Shown piece after piece: positions 1-10,024 of a stretch of DNA of 35,709 bases. The notes beneath the pieces are model-generated. The model was given only the letters and a program-made list of their open reading frames with translations, ran no database searches and had not been told where the DNA came from. The number at the start of each line of letters is the position of its first letter. Position 1 is the first letter of the stretch. The stretch comes from Candidatus Zhuqueibacterota bacterium (GTDB lineage: Bacteria > Zhuqueibacterota > Zhuqueibacteria > Oceanimicrobiales > Oceanimicrobiaceae): the NCBI GenBank assembly GCA_029262005.1, contig JAJDAG010000041.1, positions 1 through 35,709 of the forward strand, given 5' to 3'. A program made the translations under genes and the position numbers.

Positions 1-446
1 AATCCATTTCTCTACAATAGAAAACTACGCTTATCAGTGACAATTGCAGAAATTGGTAAGCGGTTGTTTTACAGCGCTTTATTCAAAAGGTCGCGTTTTT
101 TTGAACCCGGGTGCTTGGCCGTGCCAGTCGTTTGTTCAAATCACTCGTTTGGCTCACGTTACAACTGTGTTACCGGGCTGAACAAATTGACTAGGCTGAA
201 ATAGAGAGAGGGCTATAAACTAAAAAACAGCCATCGCGGGCATTCGTTCGGAGAGTCCGTGAGTGCCATGAGGCGGAGGGTGCCATTGAATTGAGCATTC
301 AGAAATTTATCAATTTCGATTCGAAGATTAGGACCTTGGATATGCCTTAAATAGACGATTGCTTTGATTGAGGTACGATACGGAAAAAAATGACAGTCAG
401 TTAATCTAAATGGTTCTCCGCGGTTTAAAAAACGATTTTGGATTTG

Positions 447-2159
447 TCACTCATTAACTATCTCAAGAAGAGCAGCCTTCGCCTTGCGGCTGTCCGATTG
501 CCCAAGCCAGTAAATTGCATTCTTGCGCAACGTCAATTGCGAGCTGTTCCTGGCGATGTCAATCAAAAAATCAACCGCCTTTTCCGACTCGCTCTGGCTC
601 AGCGAAAATAGAATTCTCTTCCGCACATCATAGGTCTCTACGAGATTGTAGATTTTTACTAACTTTTGCACGCTGTATTCGCTGCCTTCCTGACCAACCC
701 AGAAAACAGCTTTTTTCTGCATCTCAAGGTCCTTGTTGTCAAAAGCAATTTTTTCGAGGATGTCCAGCGCCCGCGTGCCACCAATTTGGCTAACTGAAAA
801 CAACACTTTCTCACGCACATCGCTGTTCCCGGATGTTTTAAAAATTGCCACAAGCATATCCAGGCTTTGCTCACTCCCTTCCTGGCCGATCCAGAAAACA
901 GCCTCTTTTTGCAATTCGGTGTGTGCCTCACTTCGGGCAATTTCATACAAAACCGCCAACGCAGCTTCACCGCCAATTTGACTAACGGCAAAAATTACTT
1001 TCTTGCGAACTTCCTGGTTTTTCGTGGTATTAAAAATAGCCTCCAGGCTTTTTAAGCTGCGCTCACTGCTATGTTGGCCTATCCAAAAAATCGCTTTCTT
1101 CTGTATTTCCGGCTGAGATTCATCCCCGGCAAATCGCATGAGAACATCTAGCGCACGCTCACTGTCGTTTTGGCTGATGGAAAATATGACTTTTTCCCGG
1201 ACTTCGTCGTTCTTTATGGATTCATAGACTCTAAGCAACCGTTCCAGGCTTGAATCAGAGTCATTCTGCCCGAGCCAGAACACGGCTTTCTTTTGTATTT
1301 CAATATCTTTTTCTGCTCGTGCAATCTGTTCCAACATGTCCCCGGCGCGCTTTCCACCGATTTGGCTAATGGCAAAAAGACACTTTTCGCGAATCTCGGC
1401 ACTGTGACTGCTCTTAAATAAATCCAGCAGTAAGTCAAGGCTCTGTTCGCTGCCCTCCTGGCCAATCCAGAACACGGCTTTTTCTTTGACTTCATCTTGC
1501 GGCGCATTTTTAGCAGCATCAATCATGATTTTCAGCGCTTCAGCACCGCCGATTTGCCCGAGCGCAAAAAGCGCTTTTTCTTTTAACTGAACACTGCTTT
1601 TGCTTGACTGCAGAACATCTTGCAAAACAGGCAAAGCCTCGTCGCTTTCCAGTTGCCCGAGCGCTGCCAGGGCCGCCAGCTTCACATCTTCATCAGGATC
1701 GTTTCCAGAGGTTTCGAGATAGATTTTGTATTCACGTTTACCGCGGCTGTATAGCTGTTTGGCTAATTTAACCATATTGGCGCGCGCATCATCAGCCCAT
1801 TCACTCTGCGAAAATTTGTCTGCGACAATCTTGTAGTTTTTGAAAGCATTTTCATCTTCCCCACCCATTTTTTCAAGACAATAAGCAACCCAAAAATGAG
1901 AAGCTGGAAGAAATTTACTTTGCGGATATTTCTCCAAAATTCGGTTTAGCCTTTTCACCGCCATCTTGAACTTATCATCATAAATCAGGTCGCGTGCCTG
2001 CCTGTACTCTTCATAAGCCGGATCATCCTGAAGTTCGGCGAGGCCATATATTCGAACCGGCAAGCCGAATGGCATTGAAGCGACTGTGCAGACTGAAAAG
2101 GCAAAAATAAACAGACCGGTTCTGAGAAGAAAATATTTGAAAAATTTCATGGGACTCAC
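447..2159 (-). CDS. Secreted HEAT-repeat (PBS-lyase/E-Z type) protein. N-terminal signal peptide, TPR-like N-domain, then about 13 alternating 31-aa HEAT repeats (AVFWIGQ / VIFSISQ types)
   Basis: The 570-aa ORF has a hydrophobic N-terminus (MKFFKYFLLRTGLFIFAFSVCTVAS). Motifs of the form EVREKVIFSISQ...IQKKAVFWIGQ recur every ~31 aa. The listed start is GTG at 2157-2159, overlapping the anti-sigma stop; an ATG 3 codons downstream (MKFFKY...) is the more likely start. Confidence 0.8.
   Translation of the reverse strand: MSPMKFFKYFLLRTGLFIFAFSVCTVASMPFGLPVRIYGLAELQDDPAYEEYRQARDLIYDDKFKMAVKRLNRILEKYPQSKFLPASHFWVAYCLEKMGGEDENAFKNYKIVADKFSQSEWADDARANMVKLAKQLYSRGKREYKIYLETSGNDPDEDVKLAALAALGQLESDEALPVLQDVLQSSKSSVQLKEKALFALGQIGGAEALKIMIDAAKNAPQDEVKEKAVFWIGQEGSEQSLDLLLDLFKSSHSAEIREKCLFAISQIGGKRAGDMLEQIARAEKDIEIQKKAVFWLGQNDSDSSLERLLRVYESIKNDEVREKVIFSISQNDSERALDVLMRFAGDESQPEIQKKAIFWIGQHSSERSLKSLEAIFNTTKNQEVRKKVIFAVSQIGGEAALAVLYEIARSEAHTELQKEAVFWIGQEGSEQSLDMLVAIFKTSGNSDVREKVLFSVSQIGGTRALDILEKIAFDNKDLEMQKKAVFWVGQEGSEYSVQKLVKIYNLVETYDVRKRILFSLSQSESEKAVDFLIDIARNSSQLTLRKNAIYWLGQSDSRKAKAALLEIVNE
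467..1592 (-). repeat. Intragenic tandem DNA periodicity (~93 nt, super-period ~186 nt) encoding the HEAT repeats
   Basis: Peptide motifs KAVFWIGQEGSEQSLD and REKV(I/L)FS(I/V)SQ recur at constant spacing through the C-terminal two thirds of the protein. Confidence 0.6.
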
Positions 2160-2908
2160 TCCATGTCATGTAGATTAATTTTAAGCAAAAGGCCTTTTTG
2201 TTCAATACCGCTCCGAATCAATTCGACATTGTCGAGATTGGCGGAAGTTTCCATATTGGCCAGTTCCAGCAAAATAAGTTCTAATTCGCCCACAAGCTGC
2301 TTTGTGCGCGCATTCTTTCGGTCAGAGAGATTCTCCTTTAAAAAAGCCGCCTCTTCAACTAATGCGTTGGCCCACTTTTTTTCCGGGGAAAAGTCGGTTC
2401 GATGGAGGTCTGCTTCATCCGCGTTAACAACCCCGAGAAACAGTATCTTTGATTTTTCGAAATAAGTGTTTGTTCTTGCTGCCAATTGTAGCCTCGGTTG
2501 CTTCGAATTCAGGAGACTCAATGGCAAGTCCTGGTGTTGCGACGGCATCACAAAACGGCCAATTAATACACCGATTAAAACAAGCGCTAATCCGAAGCTG
2601 GCTTTGTAAGCCGGGCCTGGAAAACCAAGCTTTGTGGCACGATACAATTCAGACAATCGCTCTTTCAGAGCAGACCAGAACGTTGCGGCTTCAGCATCCA
2701 GCTCTTTTTCGATAGTTAGCCAGAGCGAGTCAGGGGCAGTTTGTTTCTCCATTTTTCCGGCTTCGACCAGGATGCTTTGCAGTAAGGAAATATTGGCGGC
2801 ACATTGTTCGCAGTTCTGCAAATGTACATCTATAGCCTTGCGTTCGCCAGAGGCAAGCAGTCCGTCAACATAATCGTGCATACGTTTTTGAGCAGATTTA
2901 CACTTCAT
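2156..2908 (-). CDS. Anti-sigma factor, zf-HC2 (putative zinc finger) type, single-pass membrane protein
   Basis: The N-terminus (MKCKSAQKRMHDYVDGLLASGERKAIDVHLQNCEQC) matches the H-x3-C-x2-C anti-sigma signature. There is a central TM helix (FGLALVLIGVLIGRFV). The gene sits immediately downstream of an ECF sigma gene and its stop overlaps the next gene start. Confidence 0.75.
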   Translation of the reverse strand: MKCKSAQKRMHDYVDGLLASGERKAIDVHLQNCEQCAANISLLQSILVEAGKMEKQTAPDSLWLTIEKELDAEAATFWSALKERLSELYRATKLGFPGPAYKASFGLALVLIGVLIGRFVMPSQHQDLPLSLLNSKQPRLQLAARTNTYFEKSKILFLGVVNADEADLHRTDFSPEKKWANALVEEAAFLKENLSDRKNARTKQLVGELELILLELANMETSANLDNVELIRSGIEQKGLLLKINLHDME

Positions 2909-2940
2909 GAAACACCTTGATCTTAAAAAAAAATAAGGAC

Positions 2941-3438
2941 TCAGAGAGCCTCATATAATGTTACGTAAGGCGCCAGGGATAGCCTGAGTTCTTTGCGCGC
3001 CTTGTGCAACTGTGACTTGGACGTCCCTACGCTGATTTCCAGCATCTCGCCAACCTCTTTATGACTGTAACCTTCAATATCGTAGAGCACAAAAACCATG
3101 CGGTAACCTTCCGGAAGCTTTCTAATTGCTTCTTCCAGGTAGGGCCTTAGCCCGGGCTTCTCTCTTTTAACGGCAACAACATCTAAAGCCGAATTTTCGA
3201 CTGTCGCTAAATCATTCGTTGTTTTTGCCCTTCGCTTATTCTCTTTGCGGAAATAATTCAGGCAAACATTCACGGCCATACGATACATCCAGGAGGAAAA
3301 AGCAGCATCCCCGCGAAAAGAGTTCATTTTGCGAAACACCCGCACAAACACCATTTGCGTAAGCTCCTCGGCTTCATGTTGATCGTTGGCCATGCGCCAG
3401 GCGATATTATACACCCAGTCCTTGTACTGCTCGTACAA
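2941..3438 (-). CDS. ECF (sigma-24/RpoE-like) RNA polymerase sigma factor
   Basis: Region 2 (ELTQMVFVRVFRKMNSFRGDAAFSSWMYRMAVNVCLNYFRK) and region 4 (LPEGYRMVFVLYDIEGYSHKEVGEMLEISVGTSKSQLHKARKELR) are both recognisable. The listed start is TTG. The in-frame upstream sequence encodes the conserved sigma N-terminus (...LVKRCRSGERKAQFEL) without an ATG/GTG/TTG, so the real start is probably further upstream (see findings). Confidence 0.85.
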   Translation of the reverse strand: MYEQYKDWVYNIAWRMANDQHEAEELTQMVFVRVFRKMNSFRGDAAFSSWMYRMAVNVCLNYFRKENKRRAKTTNDLATVENSALDVVAVKREKPGLRPYLEEAIRKLPEGYRMVFVLYDIEGYSHKEVGEMLEISVGTSKSQLHKARKELRLSLAPYVTLYEAL

Positions 3439-3700
3439 TTCAAATTGCGCTTTGCGCTCGCCTGACCGGCACCGCTTAACAAGCTCAAAATCTTTGTCAA
3501 AATGTTGATTGCGCAGGGTTAATTCCCTTCAAAAATGGTCATAGAGGTCAGGACACACCAACTCCGGTAGCGCCAGGTACAAGACTTACTCAGGTCGGTA
3601 TTAAGACATGGGAAGGGGCCAAAGGGTTGCCTGTTAACACAAAAATTGACAAGTACGAAGTGTGCTGATGCTGGAAACCATCGGCACCGAAACTCAACGC

Positions 3701-4495
3701 TTAGTTTTCCAGCATGGCCACAATCCGCAACGGCGCACCACTGCCACCGGCAATTTTCATTGGCAGCGCGATCACAGTGAACCCATTTTTAGGAAGCTGC
3801 TCTAGATTGGCAACGTTTTCAAAGGCGGGAATGTTTTGCTCGTACAATGTGACATGGCTTTGAAAATGAGTGGATTGGCCGGTGTCGATACTCGGTGTGT
3901 CGAGCCCAATTGCTTTAATGTTACGATTTTCAACCAGCCATTTTGCGGCATCAGGGTGTAACCCGGGAAAATGCAACTTGGCCACTGCGCCCGGCCCACG
4001 TTCATCCGTGCCCATATATTTGTTACGATCAGGCCAGTACTTGCCAAAACCTGTACGAAGCAAAACAATGTGCTGATCAACCCGCTTACCGTGGGCCTTT
4101 TCCCACGCAACAAAATCACCGGACGTTACTTGATAATCCGGATCCGCCGCACATTTGCCTGAGACATCAATGACTGCTCCCGGGCCAATAAGCCTGTGCA
4201 GAGGCACGGCATCCACAGTCTGGCGATTTTCATAAAAGTGAGCCGGCGCATCCAGATGCGTGCCGCCATGCTCAGCCGCTGAAAAATTATTGGCCTCGTA
4301 GTGAAAGCCATTGGGGTTCTCGCCCTTAAAAACAACATCCAATTGAAACGTTTGCGCCGTCGGCCAGTACACGGCATCCGAGTCGAAGGTGTGGGTCAGA
4401 TCAATAATTTTTTCCGGGGGTTTATGAGCCGGAGCGTATTCACATGAAAACAACAACATGGCAAGCAAAATACTGCAGCAACTCAACGGTTTCAT
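3701..4495 (-). CDS. Cyclase-family protein (kynurenine formamidase-like), secreted or lipoprotein
   Basis: Contains the HxGTHxDAPxH cyclase-family metal-binding motif (EHGGTHLDAPAHF). The N-terminal signal (MKPLSCCSILLAMLLFSC) could have an SPase I or lipobox-like cleavage. Confidence 0.75.
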   Translation of the reverse strand: MKPLSCCSILLAMLLFSCEYAPAHKPPEKIIDLTHTFDSDAVYWPTAQTFQLDVVFKGENPNGFHYEANNFSAAEHGGTHLDAPAHFYENRQTVDAVPLHRLIGPGAVIDVSGKCAADPDYQVTSGDFVAWEKAHGKRVDQHIVLLRTGFGKYWPDRNKYMGTDERGPGAVAKLHFPGLHPDAAKWLVENRNIKAIGLDTPSIDTGQSTHFQSHVTLYEQNIPAFENVANLEQLPKNGFTVIALPMKIAGGSGAPLRIVAMLEN

Positions 4496-4585
4496 CTTAT
4501 CCTCCGGGATTTACCAAGGTAAAGTGGCAATTAAAATGGTGCCGCTAAATGCAAAACAGGTTGCGCTTAGCGAAAACCTGAAAAA

Positions 4586-5032
4586 CTATTTATTAATACC
4601 CGTGGAGCCAAACCCACCTTGACCGCGGGAAGTATCTGCCAGCTCCGCCACTTCCTCAAATTCGGCATAAGCCACCGGTGCAAGCACAAGCTGCGCGATC
4701 TTCTGCCCCTTTTCCACCGAATAGATCTCGTTGCTCAAATTCACCAGAATGACTTTTATCTCGCCTCGATAGCCGAAATCGATTGTGCCGGGGGTGTTCA
4801 GAACCGTGAGGCCGCTTTTTAGAGCAAGGCCACTTTTGGGGCGAACCTGCAATTCATAACCCAAAGGCACTTCCACAGCCAGACCGGTGCCAATTGCCAT
4901 TCTTTCCATTGGCTGCAGGACCGCTGTTTCCGTGGCAAATAAATCCGCACCCGAATCGCCGAAATGGGCATAATGGGGGGTGCAGGCGTCTGGTGTAAGC
5001 ATATTGATTTTCACAGTGCAATTCTTATTCAT
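4586..5032 (-). CDS. dut: dUTP diphosphatase
   Basis: dUTPase motifs are present: GDSGADL, VLNTPGTIDFGYRGEIKVILVN and C-terminal RGQGGFGSTG. Confidence 0.9.
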   Translation of the reverse strand: MNKNCTVKINMLTPDACTPHYAHFGDSGADLFATETAVLQPMERMAIGTGLAVEVPLGYELQVRPKSGLALKSGLTVLNTPGTIDFGYRGEIKVILVNLSNEIYSVEKGQKIAQLVLAPVAYAEFEEVAELADTSRGQGGFGSTGINK

Positions 5033-5118
5033 GAATATTCCTTACTTTATTACTGTTAACTGCCTTTTCAGCAGCAATCTACCGACGCGCAGCCGAGCGT
5101 CGTGGTAAAAGTGCCTTG

Positions 5119-5367
5119 TCACAAACTTGCTTGACACCCGCCCTCTTTCAATATTCTTTGGTTAGAAGCAGGATATTTTTTAACAAGTTCTTTCGGGCGT
5201 ATCGGCCGGGTAACAAAATTGCCGGCGCAATTAGGGCAGATGCCATTCAGCACTTTCTCGGCACAGTCTTTACAAAATGTGCATTCAAAAGAGCAGATAA
5301 CGGCATCTTCAGAGTCAGGAGGTAAATCAGCGTCGCAACACTGACAATTGGGTCGCAATTCAAGCAT
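5119..5367 (-). CDS. DUF1272 cysteine-rich (zinc-ribbon-like) protein
   Basis: The 82-aa sequence MLELRPNCQCCDADLPP...ICSFECTFCKDCAEKVLNGICPNCAG is characteristic of the DUF1272 family. Confidence 0.75.
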   Translation of the reverse strand: MLELRPNCQCCDADLPPDSEDAVICSFECTFCKDCAEKVLNGICPNCAGNFVTRPIRPKELVKKYPASNQRILKEGGCQASL

Positions 5368-5401
5368 TCAGTTTTCCTTCTGCACTTAAACCAAAGCAGC
5401 C

Positions 5402-5770
5402 TTATCCCCGCAGAGCCGCTGCGGCCAAACAAATCCAACCTGCCAGAAATGCCAAGCCGCCAAGAGGCGTAACGGCTCCCAACCAGCGAATTCCGCTTAT
5501 GCTTAAAATATAAAGGCTGCCCGAAAAGATAATCGTGCCGGCCAAAAACAACCAGCCGCTGCTCTGGGCCAGGGCTCCCGGCCAGCGCCCACAAGCCCAG
5601 GCCACTGCGAGCAGTGCGAGCGCGTGGTACATCTGGTAGCGCACAGCCGTTTCGAAAATAGTGAGCATTTCTGCAGAAAGGCGCGATTTTAATCCGTGGG
5701 CGGCAAAGGCGCCAAGCGCCACGCCGAGAAATCCAGAAAAAGCGCCACAGGCAAAAAATATTTTTTCCAT
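5402..5770 (-). CDS. DUF423 (YgdD-family) small inner-membrane protein
   Basis: Shows strong motif similarity to YgdD: GAFSGFLGVALGAFAAHGL ... FSGSLY ... VTPLGGLAFLAGW. Confidence 0.85.
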   Translation of the reverse strand: MEKIFFACGAFSGFLGVALGAFAAHGLKSRLSAEMLTIFETAVRYQMYHALALLAVAWACGRWPGALAQSSGWLFLAGTIIFSGSLYILSISGIRWLGAVTPLGGLAFLAGWICLAAAALRG

Positions 5771-5824
5771 ATTGTTCCTTAGATTTGGTTAACGCACCTG
5801 ATACTTAGCGAATTTGCCGGTCGA

Positions 5825-8512
5825 TTAACCTTTGACCAACTGCCGCAGCACATACTGCAAAATACCGCCATGAAGATAATAGTTCAACTCCTCTGGTGTA
5901 TCAACCCTGCAGGTAACGTCAAATGAAAGCGTGCTACCATCGTCTGCCCTGGCTGTAACTTGCAGTTTTTTCCCAGGCTTTAAATCTCCGGCAATACCGG
6001 TTATTGTGTAGCTTTCAAGCCCGGTCAACTTAAGAGACATACGGTTTTCACCGGCATTAAACTGCAAAGGCAACACGCCCATGCCAATTAAATTGCTGCG
6101 GTGAATGCGCTCAAAACTCTCGGCGATGACGGCTGTCACACCAAGCAACCGCGTGCCTTTTGCCGCCCAGTCTCGTGATGAACCAGTGCCATATTCCTTG
6201 CCGGCGATAACAACCAAGGGTGTACCTTCTTCTTGATATTTCATGGCTGCGTCATACACAGACATCAGTTCCTTATCGGGTAAATGCAGAGACCAATTCC
6301 CTTCTTTCTCAGTCAGGAAATTGCGCAGACGAATGTTGCCAAACGTGCCACGCATCATGACTTCGTGATTGCCCCTGCGTGCCCCAAAAGAGTTGAAATC
6401 CACGGGTTCGACATTGAGGGAAATCAGATATTTGCCGGCTGGTCCATCTACAGGAATAGCGCCCGCCGGGGAAATGTGGTCGGTTGTTACCGAATCACCT
6501 GCCAACACAAGAACACGGGCATTTTCAATGTCTGCGAGCGGCTCAAGCGCCATTGTCATATTTTCGAAAAAGGGTGGATTCTTTACATAAGTGGAATTTG
6601 GATCCCAGTCATAAATAGCGCCGTCAGGAATTTCCAAAGCCTGCCAGCGCGCATCTCCAGCAAAAACATCGGCATATTCTTTGGCGAATATTTCCCGGGT
6701 TACAAATGCCTGCACAGCGGCTTGCACTTCAGTTGAGCTTGGCCAAATATCCTGCAAATAAACATCTTTACCGTCTTTCCCCTGGCCAATTGGCTCATTA
6801 TAAAGATCGATATCCATTCTACCTGCCAACGCATAGGCGACCACCAGCGGCGGAGAAGCCAGATAATTCGCACGCGTGTGCGGACTGACCCGACCCTCAA
6901 AATTGCGGTTGCCACTTAACACGGCGGCGGCTACAAGTTTACCCTCTGTAATTCCGTTGGCGATTGCTTCGGGGAGTGGCCCGCTGTTACCGATGCAGGT
7001 GGTGCAACCATAACCGACGAGATCGAAATTTAATTTTTCGAGATAAGGCGTGAGACCAGCATCATGTAGGTAATCCGTAACAACTTTAGAGCCGGGAGCC
7101 AGACTGGTTTTGACCCAGGGCTTGGTTTTTAAACCCAACTCCACAGCCTTTTTTGCCAGCAAGCCCGCACCAATCATCACCGAGGGATTCGATGTGTTCG
7201 TACAGCTTGTAATCGCTGCGATGACAACTGAGCCGTTCTTTAATTCAACGCTGTCACCGTTGTGCTGAATGGTGACGCCCTCCTTTGTTTGCGGCTGGCG
7301 TAAATTTTCATAAGCGTTGAGAAATGCCGTTTTTGACTCCCTGAGACGAATCCGATCCTGTGGTCTCTTCGGACCGGAAATGGCTGGCTCAACCGTAGAC
7401 AAGTCCAATTCGAGCACCTCGCTGAACACTGGATCCGGCGTATCATCGGTACGGAACAAGCCTTGTTCTTTGGTATAGGCCTCTACCAGCTGAAGCTGTT
7501 CGTCGGAACGGGCAGAGCACTGTAAATAGTTGAGCGTTTCATTATCAACAGGGAAAAAGCCGATTGTTGCACCGTACTCCGGTCCCATGTTGGCAATGGT
7601 CGCGCGATCAGCCAAACTAAGACGACTGAGTCCCGAGCCAAAGTACTCGACAAATTTTCCGACAACGCCCTTTTTACGCAACATTTCAACAACGACCAAA
7701 ACCAAATCAGTAGCAGTGGCGCCGGCGGCAAGCTCACCCGTAAACTTAAAACCGACAACTTCGGGAATCAACATAGAGATGGCCTGACCAAGCATGGCAG
7801 CCTCGGCCTCAATGCCGCCAACGCCCCAGCCAACCACGCCGAGACCATTTATCATTGTGGTATGCGAGTCGGTGCCCACCAGTGTGTCCGGGTAGGCGAG
7901 AATCTTGCCACCGGACTCAGAGCGAAATACGACCTGGCCTAGATACTCAAGATTCACTTGATGACAGATACCGGTTTCCGGCGGTACAACCCTGAAATTA
8001 TCAAAAACGTTTTGTCCCCACCTTAGAAACGCATACCGCTCACCGTTGCGTTCATATTCGCGCTTAGTGTTAAATTGCACCGCGTCGGCACTGCCAAATT
8101 TATCTACCTGAATCGAGTGATCAATGACCAAATCCGCGGGTACCTGCGGACTGATCATTGTCGGGTCACCGCCCAGGCTGGTTACAGCCTCGCGCATGGC
8201 TGCCAGATCAACAACAGCAGGTACACCCGTGAAATCCTGCATTAAAACACGTGCAGGCGAAAAGGCAATTTCAGTATCGGACTTTTTCTTCGGGTCCCAG
8301 TTGGCAACGGCTTCAATATCACCTTTGCTGACTGAACCGCCGTCCTCTTTGCGTAGCAAGTTTTCAAGTAGTATTTTAATAGAAAAAGGCAGTTTGGAAA
8401 TATTACCAATACCTGCCTTTTCTAAAGCATTTAACCTGAAAATACCGTAATCATTGGCGCCGACTTTGAGCGAACCGAGACTGGCAAAACTGTTTATTTC
8501 ATTCCTGGCCAT
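5825..8512 (-). CDS. acnA: Aconitate hydratase A
   Basis: The 895-aa ORF has the classic AcnA N-terminus ([40 protein letters not shown]), Fe-S ligand regions ([21 protein letters not shown]) and SGNRNFEGR. Confidence 0.95.
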   Translation of the reverse strand: MARNEINSFASLGSLKVGANDYGIFRLNALEKAGIGNISKLPFSIKILLENLLRKEDGGSVSKGDIEAVANWDPKKKSDTEIAFSPARVLMQDFTGVPAVVDLAAMREAVTSLGGDPTMISPQVPADLVIDHSIQVDKFGSADAVQFNTKREYERNGERYAFLRWGQNVFDNFRVVPPETGICHQVNLEYLGQVVFRSESGGKILAYPDTLVGTDSHTTMINGLGVVGWGVGGIEAEAAMLGQAISMLIPEVVGFKFTGELAAGATATDLVLVVVEMLRKKGVVGKFVEYFGSGLSRLSLADRATIANMGPEYGATIGFFPVDNETLNYLQCSARSDEQLQLVEAYTKEQGLFRTDDTPDPVFSEVLELDLSTVEPAISGPKRPQDRIRLRESKTAFLNAYENLRQPQTKEGVTIQHNGDSVELKNGSVVIAAITSCTNTSNPSVMIGAGLLAKKAVELGLKTKPWVKTSLAPGSKVVTDYLHDAGLTPYLEKLNFDLVGYGCTTCIGNSGPLPEAIANGITEGKLVAAAVLSGNRNFEGRVSPHTRANYLASPPLVVAYALAGRMDIDLYNEPIGQGKDGKDVYLQDIWPSSTEVQAAVQAFVTREIFAKEYADVFAGDARWQALEIPDGAIYDWDPNSTYVKNPPFFENMTMALEPLADIENARVLVLAGDSVTTDHISPAGAIPVDGPAGKYLISLNVEPVDFNSFGARRGNHEVMMRGTFGNIRLRNFLTEKEGNWSLHLPDKELMSVYDAAMKYQEEGTPLVVIAGKEYGTGSSRDWAAKGTRLLGVTAVIAESFERIHRSNLIGMGVLPLQFNAGENRMSLKLTGLESYTITGIAGDLKPGKKLQVTARADDGSTLSFDVTCRVDTPEELNYYLHGGILQYVLRQLVKG

Positions 8513-8725
8513 GTGCAGCTCCTTGGTAATTTATATTTTGAATCGTAGTCATAATTTCAACTGACATCGCCCCAAAATCATTCCATCTTTTGTGACCCGA
8601 AGCGGCTTTGAACATGACAAATTGCAGCATATATTATAAGGAAATTTGCGGTTGGGATCAACCCATTTTGTGGGGGACAGACGCGAATCTGAGGCATCGA
8701 TTTATAAATGCCGTTTTGTAAATTT

Positions 8726-10024
8726 TCACCGCGTCAACGCCGGCGCATGCAACACATATCCACTCTTCTCCATGCGATAGTGTTTCTGCAAATTAATTTG
8801 GCTGGCAGGCATGATTGAGGTAAAGCCAAAACGCTGGCGAATCTTGTCCATCGTGGCCTCAATGGTTTCGCGACGGCTGGTTTCGGTGAAAAGTTCGGCC
8901 TGCAAATTCAGACAATCAATTTTTGAAACAGCAAGGCCGACGCGGTGCACACGCAGCCGGCGCAACGGGGTTTCCCGCAGCAGGGTTGAAACCATGCGAA
9001 AAATGGCATCGGTGCTAGCGGTTGACTCAGGTAAGCTGCGAGCCTTGATCGTGCGCTTGTGGTCGGAATACTCGACCTTAATCGATACGGTTTTCGCCAC
9101 CAAACCGTCTTCCCGCAGCTTTTTACCGATTCGCTCCGTAAGATAGTGCAGCACCTCAAAGACCAGCTCCTGATCGCTGACATCCTCCTCAAAACCGGTT
9201 TCACGACTGATTTGTTTTGGTAGATCTCGTTGCTTTATTTCACGCGAATCTGTGCCATTAGCAAACTCCCAGAACTTCCTGCCATTTACACCAAACCGTT
9301 GCATGAGCACCGCTTTGGGCACCACAGCCAATTCACTGATGGTAAAAACCCCCAATTGGTGCAAACTCTCTCTTGCTCTGGGGCCGATACCCGGCAATTC
9401 TTCGACCGGGAGCGGGCGCAGAAACTCCAGCTCTGTTCCAGCAGCAACACTGGTAATGCCGTTGGGTTTATTAACTCCGGAGGCAATTCGTGCGATAAAT
9501 TTTGCTGAACCAACACCACAAGAAACCGTCACCCCAACCGCGCGATAAACCTTCTGCTGAATAATGCGGGCGAGTTCTGCCGGGGTTTTGCCGTGGACTT
9601 TCAAGGTGCCGGTAAGATCCAGATAGGCATCATCCAAAGATGTCATTTCGATTACAGGCGTGAACTGATAATAAATATTTTCAAAAATTTGAGAAACTGC
9701 TTTATAATGCTCAAAATCACCCTTGAGAAAAACAGCATCCGGGACCATTTTTTTTGCCTGCCTGAGCGGCATACCGGTGTAAACGCCCTGCTTGCGTGCA
9801 TCGTAGCTGGCAGTGTGAACCACTCCGCGCTGGTCCTCAGTCCCACCGACAATTACAGGACGGTGCCGCAACGCAGGGACAAACCCCTGTTCAACAGAAG
9901 CAAAAAAAGCATCGGCGTCGATATGAAGGATGGTTTTGGGTCGTGTTGTTTCTACCTGGTGTTCCCAGACTGGTGGATTGACCGACAAAGGCTGGCTGGG
10001 AGACTGGGAAAGCCGGGGGCTCAT
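8726..10024 (-). CDS. dinB: Y-family DNA polymerase IV (DinB-like) with N- and C-terminal extensions
   Basis: Carries the catalytic motif ILHIDADAFFASVEQ and Y-family palm/fingers/little-finger motifs. Its ATG overlaps the upstream gene stop (ATGA). Confidence 0.85.
   Translation of the reverse strand: MSPRLSQSPSQPLSVNPPVWEHQVETTRPKTILHIDADAFFASVEQGFVPALRHRPVIVGGTEDQRGVVHTASYDARKQGVYTGMPLRQAKKMVPDAVFLKGDFEHYKAVSQIFENIYYQFTPVIEMTSLDDAYLDLTGTLKVHGKTPAELARIIQQKVYRAVGVTVSCGVGSAKFIARIASGVNKPNGITSVAAGTELEFLRPLPVEELPGIGPRARESLHQLGVFTISELAVVPKAVLMQRFGVNGRKFWEFANGTDSREIKQRDLPKQISRETGFEEDVSDQELVFEVLHYLTERIGKKLREDGLVAKTVSIKVEYSDHKRTIKARSLPESTASTDAIFRMVSTLLRETPLRRLRVHRVGLAVSKIDCLNLQAELFTETSRRETIEATMDKIRQRFGFTSIMPASQINLQKHYRMEKSGYVLHAPALTR

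Noticed and set aside
230-330. Possible RNase P RNA fragment (AGTCCG ... GAGGGTGCCA)
   Set aside because: It lacks the P4 pairing partners, the GGAAAGTCCGGGCUCCA core and the GC-rich helices expected for RNase P RNA. This is a chance resemblance
5055-5075. Small hairpin CGACGCGCAGCCGAGCGTCG between the dut and DUF1272 genes
   Set aside because: It is a 6-bp stem without a U-tract in the orientation that would terminate DUF1272. It is too weak to call a terminator
6284-8450. Multiple 70-150 aa ORFs antisense to acnA, and similar antisense ORFs inside htpG, the T9SS cargo gene and the kinase
   Set aside because: They are embedded in well-supported long CDSs on the opposite strand. They are typical shadow ORFs
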